A stretch of 63,993 nucleotides of DNA, counting the filler, from Thelocarpon superellum (lineage: Eukaryota), in the NCBI GenBank assembly GCA_026025795.1. It is 6 parts of 6 records of this genome, joined end to end, with 100 filler letters (N's around TTAATTAATTAA, not from the genome) between each part and the next. Parts side by side here need not be neighbours in the genome. Positions count along the whole stretch, not along the records: positions 1 to 10,742 come from JAPEUG010000519.1; positions 10,843 to 21,562 come from JAPEUG010000520.1; 4 more parts are not named here. One strand, 5' to 3'. The notes below the pieces were generated by a model. The model made no database searches. It was not told the origin of the DNA and saw nothing but the letters and a program-made list of their open reading frames with translations. The translations under genes and the position numbers were made by a program. Below, one piece after another: positions 1 to 12,620 of the stretch. Each line of letters starts with the position of its first letter. Positions within the stretch are counted from its first letter, which is position 1.

Positions 1-1257
1 ATGCTAATATCGCTGCCTGAGTATCCTTCGCTCAGCTGCCCCAGCGTCCTGAAGTCGGCGGGCTTGAGCTCGCAGGGGGTCGTGCCTACGGACATCTCAA
101 ACATCTTCATCCGTCCTGGCAGATCGGGGAGGCTGATGTGCACGCGACGCTGGAATCGTCGTCGGATTGCAGCGTCCAGTTGCCAGGGAATGTTGGTGGC
201 GCCCAAGATGAGCACGCCTCTCGAATCCCGGCCGACGCCGTCCATTTGGACCAACAATTCCGTCTTGATGCGTCGCGAGGCTTCGGATTCCCCTTCCCCA
301 CGCGGTCCACACAGTGCATCCACCTCATCGATGAAGATGATGGACGGCTTGTTCTCTCGCGCCATGTTGAACAGCTGCTTCACCAATCTGAGCGACGTCC
401 GTCAGCTTTGCCCGCCCTGCGCAGATGATTCGTCATATACCGTTCACTCTCTCCCATCCATTTGGACACGAGGTCACTGCTGCTGACGCTAAAAAAGGTG
501 CTGTTGGCCTCCGTCGCGACGGCCTTGGCCAGGTAACTCTTGCCCGTACCCGGCGGGCCGTAGAGGAGGATGCCTTTCCACGGCTGCCGTTTGCCCGTGA
601 ATAGATGTGGGAACTTGATGGGCAGAATGACGGCTTCTTTTAGAGCTTCCTTGGCTCCTTCCAGGCCTGCCACATCCTCCCACTTAATGTCGGGCTTGTC
701 GGTCAAGATAGCTCCCGCAAGTGCTCCGCGAAGCTTCTTAGACTCGGGATCTTGCTCTTCGTCATCCGAATCAGACTTTCTGCACACCATCATGAGTGAG
801 CCGGTATCCTCCTCGGGCCGCACGCGTACCACCTACTTTCCCCGGCCCGAGCCGGTCGACACCTTGCCATTCGCCCCCACCGCGCTCGGCTTCTTCCGAT
901 TGGATTTGTCTCCTTCGGCCAGGTGATTCTTGAGTTTCTCCGCCCGTTCCATATATTCGCCCGCTTTCGACCGGATCATCTCCTTTGATTTGGCATTCTT
1001 CTCCCCTGTCCGCCCATTAGCATCCGGGCGCACCAAGTCCCTAAGACGGGTCCGGCGTACATTTGAGCGCCAGCATGAAGAGCTCCACTAGCGACGGTCA
1101 GCGAACCAGCAGACGATCCAGGGTTCGGCGGTGGAAGGGAAGGCTCACAGGACTGGTAGTAGAGCTGGTAGGCCTTTTCATACTCCCCCGCCGTGTCATG
1201 CTCGATGGCCTTCTTGACCACATCGATGGCACGACCCAGGAAGTCCGTGTTGCTCAT
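1..1257 (-). CDS. VPS4: AAA ATPase Vps4 (multi-exon; 3' end runs off the window)
   Basis: MIT domain start [21 protein letters not shown]; Walker [41 protein letters not shown]; Walker B IIFIDEVD and [16 protein letters not shown] in the last visible exon; short GT-AG introns. Confidence 0.97.
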
Positions 1258-1844
1258 GGTGACCCGAGCTCAACCCGGTGCCGGGCGGCACAAATGGGAT
1301 ATCCGGGTCGTTGGATGGCCTCCTTGGATCCACTGAGGAGTTGTCGATGTAGATGGCAGGAGATCAGGCGGTCGCTTTGAACCCAGTGACCACACGACGT
1401 CTCCGCCCACAGGGTTGCGGAAGGGTTGGCGATGTGCCTCACTCAGCCGACCGGAGCCGCAACGCGCACCCTCGGCGAAGGTAGGGTGGCCCGAAGAATT
1501 CCAAATCTCGATGGCGGAACGATCCCCCTTGGCCGTATCTGCGTCTGCGCGTCACCGAGCACCAGGAACGAGCCGTCATGCCGCCGTGGGGCGACTCGCG
1601 TGGTCGATACCGGCAACACTTGGCAGAGTCGCCCCTCCACGCTAAACGCCAAGCACTGCGGTAAACGCCAAACGCCCAACCCCAAATGCTGGACGCTGAA
1701 CTGACGGCGCCCACACGCACCATGCGGGCGAGTTCGTCAAGTAGCGTGCACACCAACGACGAATTCCATTTCGTCTGCACCTACCACAGCTACGCCTGAT
1801 CGTGGAGTTAGTCGTGGGCGCCATTGCTCCCTTTGGCATCCACC

Positions 1845-2470
1845 ATGGCGGAGCAGCAACAGAAAATGCAAGCCCTGTCCGACGACTTCCAGAAGCTACA
1901 GACCGGTACGTCACGATAGAGAGGGTGGTGCTACGGCCCTGTTCCACGTCCCCTAATGCGACCTAGAGCTTCAGGGATTCGTTGCCGCCCGACAGAAACT
2001 CGAGTCACAACAGCAAGAGAACAAGGGAGTACAAAAGGTGCCTCTCCTTCCCCCACCGCACGCCTCACGGCAAGATCGGCGGGCTGAGGTCCGGTCAGGA
2101 ATTCGCCAAACTGGCGGATGATGCCATCATCTATAAGCTGGTGGGCCCCGTCCTGCTGAAACAAGACCGGAGTGAAGCCGTCCTCTCGGTTGATGCACGC
2201 CTCGACTTTATCAACAAGGAGATGTACGTTGGCGCAGGATTCCAACGGGGCCGTGGCACCGCTGACGGGGCGCAGCAAGCGGATTGAGACGCAGATTGCC
2301 GAGGTGCAGGGAAAAAGCGAGCAGAAGAAGATGGAGGTATGTGGTCGTCCTTGAAACCCGTCCATTTGCCCGGCGATTGACCGGCGGACCGCTTGGCCCT
2401 CGTGCAGGTCTACCGGCTGCAGAGCGAAGCCCAGCAATTGCAGCGAGGCAGCGCCACGCCCGTCTCGTAG
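1845..2470 (+). CDS. YKE2: Prefoldin subunit 6 (5 exons)
   Basis: Spliced reading MAEQQQKMQALSDDFQKLQT/ELQGFVAARQKLESQQQENKGVQK/EFAKLADDAIIYKLVGPVLLKQD...LDFINKEI/KRIETQI; YKLVGPVLLKQ is typical of PFD6; divergent from VPS4. Confidence 0.93.
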
Positions 2471-3338
2471 ACTTTTCAACCGATGGATGAGTCCATGCTC
2501 GGTAAACGTTTTATGAAATGGTAGAGCTGCGTGGGGGATTCTGAGAGCATACCCTTTGATAGACTCTTGGCGTACTCTGCCTGCGTCGTCTCGGCGGTGG
2601 GCATATCAGGCTACGATTATAGTGTTCGGCCACCACGCGTGCGTGATGAGGGCCATGTGGCCGTACCGGCGCTCATGTAGCGTACATTGATGGTGAGGTG
2701 CACTGATATCGGCCCCGCGCGCATCACTGCAGGGAGGCGTGGAAACGTGACACCAAAGATCTGCACTTGTCAGCTGAAGTAGGGTCGCCCGGCCGGACAT
2801 ATTCCGGTCAGGGTCCTCAGTACTTGTACGTTGCTGTTGGTTTAAATGGCAACGCGCCTGAAGGCGCGCCGCCAAAACCGTCTTACGTTGAGAATGATCA
2901 CGTCGATGATGATGTACAGAGCACTTTTGGTTACCTTTAGTCGGCACTAACGGCCAGATACTAGTGACGATGAGCCGGATGCAAACTAACTCGCGCTGCG
3001 CCCGGATGGACACATGGCCGAGGGCATGACGAACCCATCCAGATCAGCGGGACTGACTTTGTTGGGGGGGTGAAGGTGGATCAGCATGAGGATCGAGAGT
3101 CGGATGAGGGTAGGAATCACAACGCTCACGCCCTTTGCTGCCGGTTCTATCCCGTCGAACCGAACGCGCTTAGGTAAGGAGACGTCCGACCTCAGCCACA
3201 GTTTTCCCCGCCGTCGATCGCTTCCGGTTGCAGTTTAGCGAGCGTCGCTAAGGCATTTTGCCGGATGGGCGTGCGCGGAGCCAAAGTCCAGGCTCGCGGG
3301 ATCATGAGGAGCAGGCAGACGTTGTGCCCGCGGCGATC

Positions 3339-4897
3339 ATGTCGACCACGACAGTCACCTCGAGAACCGACATGGACACGGATGCTCCGTCACCCAAGAG
3401 CCGACGGCACTTCTGGGCCCGGAGTGTGTGGGCGTCGCGAGCAGCGCGGCTGTCCAGCATCGCCAGCGTGCCAGAGCATGGGACTGCGGGGGATGGCACG
3501 GACCACGACGTGACATGCTCGCCGAATCGGCGATCCATTTTGGCGGAGACACTCACGAGATTTCCTACCAAGTGGAGATCGGGAATACCATGGGCCGCCA
3601 AGGTGCAGGACGAGTCGCCAAAGGTGCCGGAGGTGCCAGAGGTGTCGACGGTGCAAAACGAGCACGAGGATGGGTGAGGGCACCCGCAGTAATCGTCATG
3701 GAGTCATCGTTGATGGTGTGTGCCAGGACGAGCCGATTCTTCGAGCTTCCCGTGGAGCTGCAGTTGATGGTTGTGTGTGAGCTCGATTTTGATGACCTGC
3801 GGAACGTGCGAGCCTCATCGCGTTACTTCGATAGCCTCGTGGTCACGAACCAGGCACACATCGTGCGGACGCAGGTGGTGCGGCTGGTGCCATCGCGCAT
3901 GTTGCAGCTCTATCCATCCCACCAGACGCTCGGTGGCCCGCTCGACTACCTCGGGGGCCTCATCAACCGGCACACCATCTGCACCCGCCTGGCCGGGCAT
4001 GTGGCGGACCATGTGTCGCGCGAGATCTTCCGACGCACCACGGCCAAGAGTCGGCGGCGTTTCGCACGACAACATGAGCGCATGCGACAGCGGATGATTC
4101 CCCTGCTCGACACCCTATTCCACTACTTCGAGACCTACCGGGCCGCCTGTGTCCACGACGTCATGCGCGGGGGTTCGACGATCCGGATGCTGTGGGGTTC
4201 CGTCCCGGACCGGCTGGAGGAACAGGTGCTCGATGAATATGAGCCGACCGTGCTCTTGGAAGTCGTGCAGATGTACAAACTCCTCTTGGCCGCGTTCAGC
4301 CGTCGACTGCGTCCGCCGACGTACGCAGGCCGGCTCGAGCGCTCGCTCCGAGGATGGAGTCGCGATGGGCCTTCCGACGAGGCCTTGGCCACGGTCTTGG
4401 TGATTGGTGGGCTTCGCGAAGTCGAACGCCTCTGGGCTCTGAGGGGGTATGACTGTCGACGCCGGGCCATCGATGACTGGCTGGAGACGCTGCACAACCC
4501 CAATGCCGGGTCGTCCCCGAAGCCGGCCATGATGGCGAGGCTTCGACGTCGGAGTTCCGGCTCTGCCGCGGGAAGATGCGGCAAGGCGCCGGGACTCCGG
4601 CCCCACTCATCGCCGACCGCCCGCGCGAGTGGGCTACCAATGGCCCCGCTCTCGCGTGCCGAGCTCGAAGTAATGCTGCCCTATATTCCGAGTCTGGGCT
4701 GGCGCTGGCCCATCAACTCCACCGCCGAGGAGCTTCTCTTGCTGAAAGGCGCCATCCGCAGCTGGCGTGACATCAAATGTCCCGGACGATTCATCAATGA
4801 GCTCATCGCCGGGGGGGAGGGGGAGGAAGAAACGACCGTGCTCCTGTCAGATGACGTGAGCGACGACTCGGATACCGCGGAGGACGATGGAAATTGA
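3339..4897 (+). CDS. Fungal F-box domain protein (intron about 3674-3726)
   Basis: F-box-like motif FFELPVELQLMVVCELDFDDLRNVRASSRYF at the start of exon 2; long ORF to 4897; start codon uncertain. Confidence 0.75.
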
Positions 4898-6769
4898 TGC
4901 GCTCGATAGAGCCATGTGCCTTTACATGGTCGTGCGGAGCGATTGAGACAATTATTCAGGACCACGGGAACGGGCCCGGGCGTCCGAGTACTCCTCGCGC
5001 GAACTGAAGGCCCCGTTTGAAGGCCCGTCGGTGTACCAGATGGTATGATGTCCGAGTAGAAGGCGTCCTCGTTCGCGCTCGTGCGGCGCTGACGCTCGTC
5101 ATCAATGCATGACGTCCTGGGCGTGGCGCGCGGACCGGCCTCATGCTGGATGCGTAACCTGACTTTCTCATCGACATGCATTCGCCATCATCGCGGTGCT
5201 CACCGCCCTCAACGCCCTCACGGGCAAGCCGGCCCGCAGACGGGCGGCGGCGTGGCAGGACCCGAGATGCAGCCTGCGGTGTGACGTCCGATACGACGTG
5301 CGGCACCGGCCCTTGGCGTTCCATGGGATTACGATGATGCCGCGCGACGCGAGGCGTCCGTCGGTCCGTCGCAAAGGCCTCCATGCCGCCATGCCACCTT
5401 GCGACGGGCGAGATTGGTCCCTCATCCCTCCTACCTCGTGCCGTCGAGGTGACGGTCGGCGATATTAAGGAGGTCCTCGACCTGGAGGTACCGGTCGCTG
5501 GAGCTGCACGACTCCTTCGGGTCGCCCACGGACACGGCCGATGCCGGGAGGTCGAAACATGGGCTTGGTGTGCCCGGCATGCTGGTGGACAAAGGGCGAT
5601 GTGCATGACGGCCCTGCACGCACTACTGCATCCCTCGCGTGGGCGACATCATTTCGGCACGGTAACGACCTTCCCCGGCAATGTTGGGGGCCCTCCAGCG
5701 TCTGACCTTGCCCCAACCGGCAGTAGCCGGGGCGTGCTCCACCCAATCCGGGGCCCTCCCGGTCACTCCCGGCGCCCTTTGTGCCTCTGCCACCATTAGT
5801 CCTACTCACTGCGCCAGAGCCGAATCACATGCTAACCCGGTCGCCCTCGCCCTGGTGGGTGCGCGGTGCAGTGATCCGTCAAGCCCACGTCAAGGACACG
5901 CCGGTGCCAGGCCAGGCGATGCGGGTAGATAAGGTGTGCAGCCGAATGCCTCATTGGATCGAGGCATTAGACGGCCAATTGCCGCAAAGTACGCAGCTCC
6001 CCTTGTCAGCCATGGCTCGAGGCGGCGCGCTCGGCGCTACGCCGACCAGATCTCTGCCGGGCCCAGGCCAACGCCAGCGAAGGGTGGCGTGAGTCGCCGT
6101 AGGTTGATGGGTCGTAGGACCGGGACCGGCCAGGGGGTGGGGAGGAGCGACGGGGACGGGGACAGTGGGGGAGGTGGAGGAGGTGGTGGATCGTAGAGAG
6201 GGAGAGTGAATGAGAGCCATGGTGCTCTTCGGTGCTGGGCCCGACGCAGTGCCCGACCGCTGGTTGAGGCGCATTTCGTGCTGTTGCCCGGATGCGTTGG
6301 CCGCACGCATCGGCCGCCCTTCTTATAAGTCCAAGGGATTTCGACGAGGCCGCAGCTACAAGTGTGCATCGTGCGGTCGCATGTTTCAGCTCTTGCCACC
6401 TCCGACCACGCCGATCCCACCGCCATTCGTCCCCATTCTCGCCCGCGGTGCCCGGTGCGAGGTGCCAGGTGTGCTTTTGAAGCTTCAACGTCCGTCGCCC
6501 TTGTGTCCAGCTCGTCTTCACCTCGTGGTCCACCTCGTTCCTGCCCCGCCATCATCGGTCGGTAGGGTGCGGCGCAGCAACAGTCATCGCCAGTCGCGAG
6601 TCCTAATCCCCCTCGGCCGGTCGGCGACGTCAGTCAGCTGAGTCGCCCGCACACCACTTCACACCACGTCGCCCGAGCGTCACCTCCACACACCCCGGGC
6701 AGATGACGGTCGCTTGAGCGCGGACCGACAGTGTGTGCCTTGCCTCAGCGTCGTCCAGCGCGGGTCGCC

Positions 6770-8740
6770 ATGGACTTTACGGTACGTCTCGGTGCCCGTT
6801 CGTATGCCTGTACCTGTGCCTGTGCCTGTCCTGTTTCTGTCCAGACGTGCAGGGCTGGGGTGAGGCAGCTCGATCCGGGTTGTCGGGTCGACTCTATGCT
6901 TGTGCGATCATCTTATTCCCCCCGTCGCGACCTGAAGCTCGACGATGACGCCTTGGCCCTTGGAAATCACGACTGTCTGCGTTGTCGCTCATGCCCTCGC
7001 TGACTGTCGTGGTAGATCTGTTTGGCCCACTTCTGCGAGGTCCACGGGCCCACCTCTATCCTCTGCACCCAGGTCCTCCCGGTGTCATGCCTGACCTGCT
7101 TTCCGCCCACCTCTACTCCCCGCCCAGCGCATCCCGCCCCGCCCAGGGATCCGTCGCCACGCAGCCCCCAGTCGGCGGTGCAGGAGCGCTCATCGGAGCC
7201 TGTGGAATCTGGCGCAGCGGGTGATGGCCAGACCCATTCCCGGAATCCCTCCTTCTCGCGGCGCAACCCCAGTCAGCCCGCGCCGCCCAAGTCGGCGCTC
7301 CTCAACCAACACCTCCAGCAAGTGGCGGACGGGCATGATTTTGGCTCGTCTTTTGCCTCCTCTTTTCTGTCCTCACCCTTTCGCACGCCGCCTACGAGTC
7401 CACGGAGCTCTGGTCCGCGGGAATTCCTCTACCCCGACAGCGTGGCCAGCACCGACTTGTCCGGCCGACCGGTCGGCACCAGCGTGGAGAATGGCGAGAC
7501 CTGCCCCAGCTGCAGCCTCTCTCTTCCGAAGCGCGTGAGCGAGCACTTGCCGGAAGGCGTGCCGGGAAGTCCGGCGAAAGACGGTCGCGGCAAGAATGGG
7601 AGCCCCGTCTTGCGCACGCGCGAAGCGTACATTAGCAGCGGCATTGGCGAAGACGGGGATGCAACGCATCCACTCGACCGGGCACGATCGCATCCGAGAG
7701 CCAGCCTGGACCCGGAGGACGAGCGTCCGTCATCCTCGTCGACCACGTCCGCCACCACGCCCGAGCATTCTCGCTCGTCAACGATGACGACCTCGTCGGT
7801 GCCATCTCCCCACGCACATACCTTAACGTACATCAGCGCGCGGCAGCCGGCGTCGCGCGATGCCCACTCGATGCTCCGACGATCCTGCATCCGCACTCTC
7901 TCCTGCGAACAACTCCCCCGGGCCAACAAAGGTCCGCTGTTCTTCGGTGACGACTGCGCCGGATACACCATCTCCTACGTCTTCCGCCTCGCCGACCCCG
8001 CCGCACGCGGCCGATCACGGCGCTACGCCTTCGTCTGCTGGGCGGGGCGGGAAGAGCGGCGGGCAGCGCGCGCCTGGAAAGAGGTCATCAGCGTGTTTGA
8101 GGGCATGGCAAACCGCATCGAGGCGATGGTGGAGCGTCAACAGGAGGGCGTCGTGCGCGCCAGCGATGGCGGGCTGGCCGTGGGATCGCAGAACAGTGGG
8201 CGGGACATCACGCCCGTCTCCTCCTTCCTCTCCGGCCGCACCGTGGACCCCGATGGCTATCCGCGCCGCGCCAGCGTGCGAGCCCGAGGATTGGCAGAGC
8301 TGGTCGGGCGCGAAGACTTCTTCGTCGAAGTCCACGCCGTCTTCGTCCATCTCTTGACGCGTCTGGGCCGCGTTTTCGGCGGCGGTCCCGCCGGCCTGGT
8401 CCTCGACAGCGGCATCCGCGGTGAAGTTGGCGAGGTCGATCGCGACGTCGATCCTGAGCGTCCTCGACGCGGTCGCACCGGCGCAGGCGAGCCGCAAGAT
8501 GCAGAGCCCAGCTCGCAGGCTCCAGCCCCAGCCCCAGCCCCAGCGCGAGCCAACAGCGGCAAGATGGAGAACAAACATCCGCTTCTGCGTAGCGACGGCC
8601 GCGTCGGGACCAGCCCCACGTCCGCCTCGGCCTCGGCGTCTTCGCTAGGGTTGAACCTCAATGACGGACCAGGCGGCAGCAGCAACAATAGCTCCAGTGC
8701 GCGGTTGGAAGCCGGTCTACGCCAGCAGCTGGTGGTGTGA
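6770..8740 (+). CDS. LST7: Folliculin/Lst7 homolog (longin domain, Rag/Gtr GAP subunit)
   Basis: Exon 1 MDFT (6770-6781), intron 6782-7015, then ICLAHFCEVHGPTSILCTQ; CPSCSLSLP; LRRSCIRTLSCE; PLFFGDDCAGYTISYVFRLADPAARGRSRRYAF; RGLAELVGREDFFVEVH. Confidence 0.92.
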
Positions 8741-9204
8741 GGCGCACAAATCTACGTCCGTGCGAATGACCAAAGTCAGGGGAATGAGAGGAATCAGGGA
8801 CATGAAGAAAGAGAGAAAGGGAAGAGTTTGAGCTTCAGAGATGCGGGCGTCATCACGGCGTTCTTGACTTTGATTATTTTCTTTTCGATATCCTTTTCTT
8901 CTTCACGGCTGGCTTGCGAAACCATGCGATGCGATAGGCTGGGACACGGAATGGGCAACGGGCAATGGGCGGCGGGCAACGGGATAAAGGCATGTACGGA
9001 AATACCAAAGACCAAGACGGAGAGGGAGAGAGTGTGAGAGGGAATCACAGATACAGGTACGGATAGAAGGTATAGAAGGCTTACATTACCATAATGGTCC
9101 CCCCCCCTCTCCTTCCTTTTTGATCGTGGAAGTCAAATACTCGAACCTCAGTGTTCATGTTCATGTTCATTTTCATTTTCGAAAATCATATTTTATTGGA
9201 ATAT

Positions 9205-10742
9205 TCATTTATTTGTTGTACCTACACGTTGTGCTACCGCTCCTTCCCCAAGTCTGTCCTTTATCTTCTTCTTTTCTCTCTTTTCCTTCCTCTTCTCCTT
9301 CCATTTCTTCTCTCGACCAGGGTGGGGTTCTATCTTCTGCTGCCCCTGCTCCTGCGCTTTGCTTCCCTTTTCCTTTTCCTTTCCCTTTTCCTTCTCCTTC
9401 TTTCTCTCTTTGTCCTTCTTCTTCTTCTCTTTCTCCTTATTCGTGCCGTCTTCGTGGTTGGGATTCTTTTTCTCGCTTATACCATTCTGGCTTGGGATAG
9501 CAATAGGACTGGAAGCGGAGGCAGAGGCGGAAGCTTCGTGATGGTCTTCGCGATTTTGTGCCTTGCGGTGTTTGTCCTTCTGCTTTGCGGAGGTGGGAGG
9601 TGCGCTGTTGGGGAGGCCTAGGGCTGGTGAGGTGGCGAGATGGTTGACCTCTGCTTCGAGCGGGGCCTGCTTTTTCTTCTTCGTTAGCCGTTCGTCGGCT
9701 GCCTCTGCTCGTTGGTCTGTTCCTGCTGACACGCCGTGATTCGCGCCGTTCGCAGCAACGGCTGCTTCTCGGTGCTTTCGCTTCTTCGGCCGGGACGTGG
9801 GGTCCACCCCTCGAGGTACTTGAAATGATGGCGGATTCTCAACTGTATCTTCGTCGTCCCTACGGTCTGACAAGGAATCGGGTACGATCGTGCCGGCCAC
9901 AGTACTGCGAACTCCAGGAGGTTGGTAGCGCATTCGTAATCCCGAAGGCTGTTGTCGCACGGGCGTCGTCTTGGCATATAGTTCCTTCCTGGACGATCCG
10001 TTCGAGCTGTCCCCTGGCTGTCGTGACAGGTGTGGGAGGTCGATGATTTGCTGTAGGTTTAGAGACAATGCGATGTCGGTACCCACTGCGATGAGAAAAT
10101 CAGTCTTGGCCTTCCAGGGTTCTTCGCCTCGGTTTACCTGGCTGATATGCACTGCGGCTTTTGGTGGGGAGTAGGAGTCTCGATCGAGCCCGCTGGCCAT
10201 CGTTGGCGATCGTGAAGCCATAGTCGGCGCCATTGAACGTCAGGGCGGCCTCGCCTTTTTCGACGCTGGCAAGGGAAACTTCGTGAATGGACGAGATCGG
10301 GACGGAGGCCGGTGCTGCGATGTGCCAGATTTGCTTGCCAGCGAGATTGGCGGGGGAGAAAAGGTCGCTGATTCGAGAGGAGCCCGACGAGGTCGGGACG
10401 GGTTGGAAGCCGGGCGGTGGTTGGAAAGGTACTCGCGGACGCAACGTCACGGACGAGTCTGTCGTTGTCTCACTTGGCTGGCTGGGTAGAGGATAAGCTG
10501 GCCTGATCAAGCAGAGGAGACTTCACTTCCGTACGAGTCTGGGACGCGGGTCACGTCATTGGTTCCTGGTCGACCCGATTGTTCCTCTTCCTCCTCATCC
10601 TCCGACCCCTCCTCATCCTCTGATGCCTTGCCGCTGCTTGAGTCACTGTCCGAGCCGGTGTGCTCGGCCTTATCGCTCTCCCCCGCATCACTGCTTTCAG
10701 TCTCGTCCTCGCTCTCGCCCTCGCTCTCGCCCTCGCTCTCGC
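9205..10742 (-). CDS. RPA34: RNA polymerase I subunit Rpa34/A34.5-like (5' end lost at contig break)
   Basis: FQPPPGFQPV...GKQIWHIAAPASVPISSIHEVSL...NGADYGF; LRMRYQPPG; very Lys/Glu-rich C-terminal tail; acidic Ser-rich upstream exon; GT-AG introns join the frames. Confidence 0.8.
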
Positions 10743-10842
10743 NNNNNNNNNNNNNNNNNNNNNNNNNNNNNNNNNNNNNNNNNNNNTTAATTAATTAANN
10801 NNNNNNNNNNNNNNNNNNNNNNNNNNNNNNNNNNNNNNNNNN
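10743..10842. other. Artificial contig-joining spacer N44-TTAATTAATTAA-N44
   Basis: 100 bp; core has stops in all six frames; identical copies elsewhere in the window. Confidence 0.97.
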
Positions 10843-12587
10843 TGACAAGGGGCTCCAACCGCGCCGGGGGGGGGGTGGAGGGGGGCAAAGCGGTGGTGGC
10901 GAGCGTGGATGGCACGGCGAGAAACGAGAGCAGGCGAGCAGGCTTGTGATCCACGGTCTCAATCATAAATCATCGTGGTACCGACGGTTGGGTTGTCGTC
11001 GGCGGATGAAAGTGCGATGGTGGATGGCGCGGCGCCGCGTGATGATTGGTCGAGGTGGCGATGGGTGATCGGAGGGGGGTGTGGAAGGAGACTGGCGGCG
11101 CTGGTCGACGCAGCTCTCGCTTGCTCGATGCCTTAGGGCCGGTGGTGTTTGACCTTGGCAGCTAGTCTATACCGCCGTTCTGAACGACGGGCACGCGGGT
11201 ACGACGACGTTGACGCTACTGCTTGCTCCTACGACCATTGTGGCCGAGCAAAGAAGAATGCGTGATGGTCTGAGCGCCCAGGTGATGGAGCGACGACTAC
11301 TGTCCGAACCTCAGCTAGGCATCGGCGCCCCATGGTGGGCCTACTTGTATGAGCTGTGGGGATGGTGATGGGCGCCGCCCGAGTATGCCCCACTGCAATT
11401 CGTATTCCCTTGTTTCCCTCGTCCTCAGCCCCTTGTTCATTGTCTTCGCACCCGCGAGTCCGTGCACCCTGCTTGTGGCCATGCCGCGACGATGGATCGA
11501 GAACGAGGATGAGGGCGAGTAGCGATTGCGACCTACCGCACGGGCACGGAGTAATGTACATTACCGTCAACGCGTCGGTGGCGGGGACGGACGTCTGTCG
11601 GCTGCGTCTGATCCGGCGTCGGCGCGACGGCACACCTATGCCGACTCGGGATACGCCGTGATGCTCCGCGCTACAGAACCTTACAGTTACGGTGAACAGG
11701 ATGTTGGTTGTCCCCACTTGCTCGACGGCTGCGACTTCCGCTTTGACAGGGCCGCCATCCATCATCCCTCCTCAGCGAGCGATCCTGGCCTCCCCAAGAA
11801 CCCCGGACACGATGGCGGGGGCCTGCTTCAGGATGCTAACGTCTGCCTGAGACCGCCGTACCACCCACCTTTCGGCTTTCCTGCCATCGGACAGACGAGG
11901 GATGAGGGTCGGCGCGCTGCCCCTCTGAGCCTTAAATGAGTCACATTGGGCAGGTCATGATCACTTTCGACCGCAGCTTAGGTTAGCACCATCATTTCGC
12001 ACGCTGCCTTGATCCACCACGCCCTCCAGCCCAGGCCATGCTCCCACTCTCTGGCAGGCATCCGCCCGCATTCACCAACGATAGATCATCAGCCGCCACC
12101 GTGCCCTGGTACGCGTCCGCGCGAGAATGTCCCGTAACCCATTGTGCCTCTCCACCCCACCACCCTCCATCACTCCCCTCCCCTCCACACCATCGCCCCC
12201 CACCCTTCCCTGCTCACCCTCGTCATCCCACCCCATCATCCCGTAGCTTGTAGGCTATAGTCATCGTCATGACTGGGGTCGAGGGCTGCCAGGTCCATGT
12301 TCAGGCTCACGTCCAGGTTTCCCCGTAGACCCAAAATAGGCTCGGGGCATCGAGCAGGTGCCGCAGCGTTCAAGGTGATCAAAGTCATAAATGCGCCCCG
12401 CCTCGCCTCGTTCCCTCATTCGTGGACTGCAAGCAGCCGCTCAAGCTCACACCGAACCTGCGCCAGACCTGCGCCCGCCCTGCACAACCGACCTGCGTCT
12501 CTCGTGCGCTGCCCGCCGCCCGCCGCCCGTCGCCCGCTGCCCGCTGCCCGCTGCTGGTCCAAGTACCGAGTTGGTGACGCAGCTACG

Positions 12588-12620
12588 CCTGCACCTGCAC
12601 CTGCACCTGCACCTGCACCT
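12588..12620. repeat. (CCTGCA)5 microsatellite
   Basis: Direct reading of the tandem hexamer in a non-coding region. Confidence 0.85.

Noticed and set aside
4956..6641. Many 100-200 aa ORFs between the F-box gene and LST7 (also 11229-14654 and 60294-62003)
   Set aside because: Arg/Pro/Ala-rich translations without motifs or consistent splice structure; treated as intergenic/UTR.
6845..6859. Possible 15-nt micro-exon (CAG/..../GTGAGG) inside LST7 intron 1
   Set aside because: No branch-point consensus precedes it, and direct joining gives the expected MDFT-ICLAHFCE start.
10787..10798. TTAATTAATTAA recurring about every 10.6-10.8 kb as a biological periodic repeat
   Set aside because: Always embedded in exactly 44+44 N; it is a six-frame-stop assembly linker.
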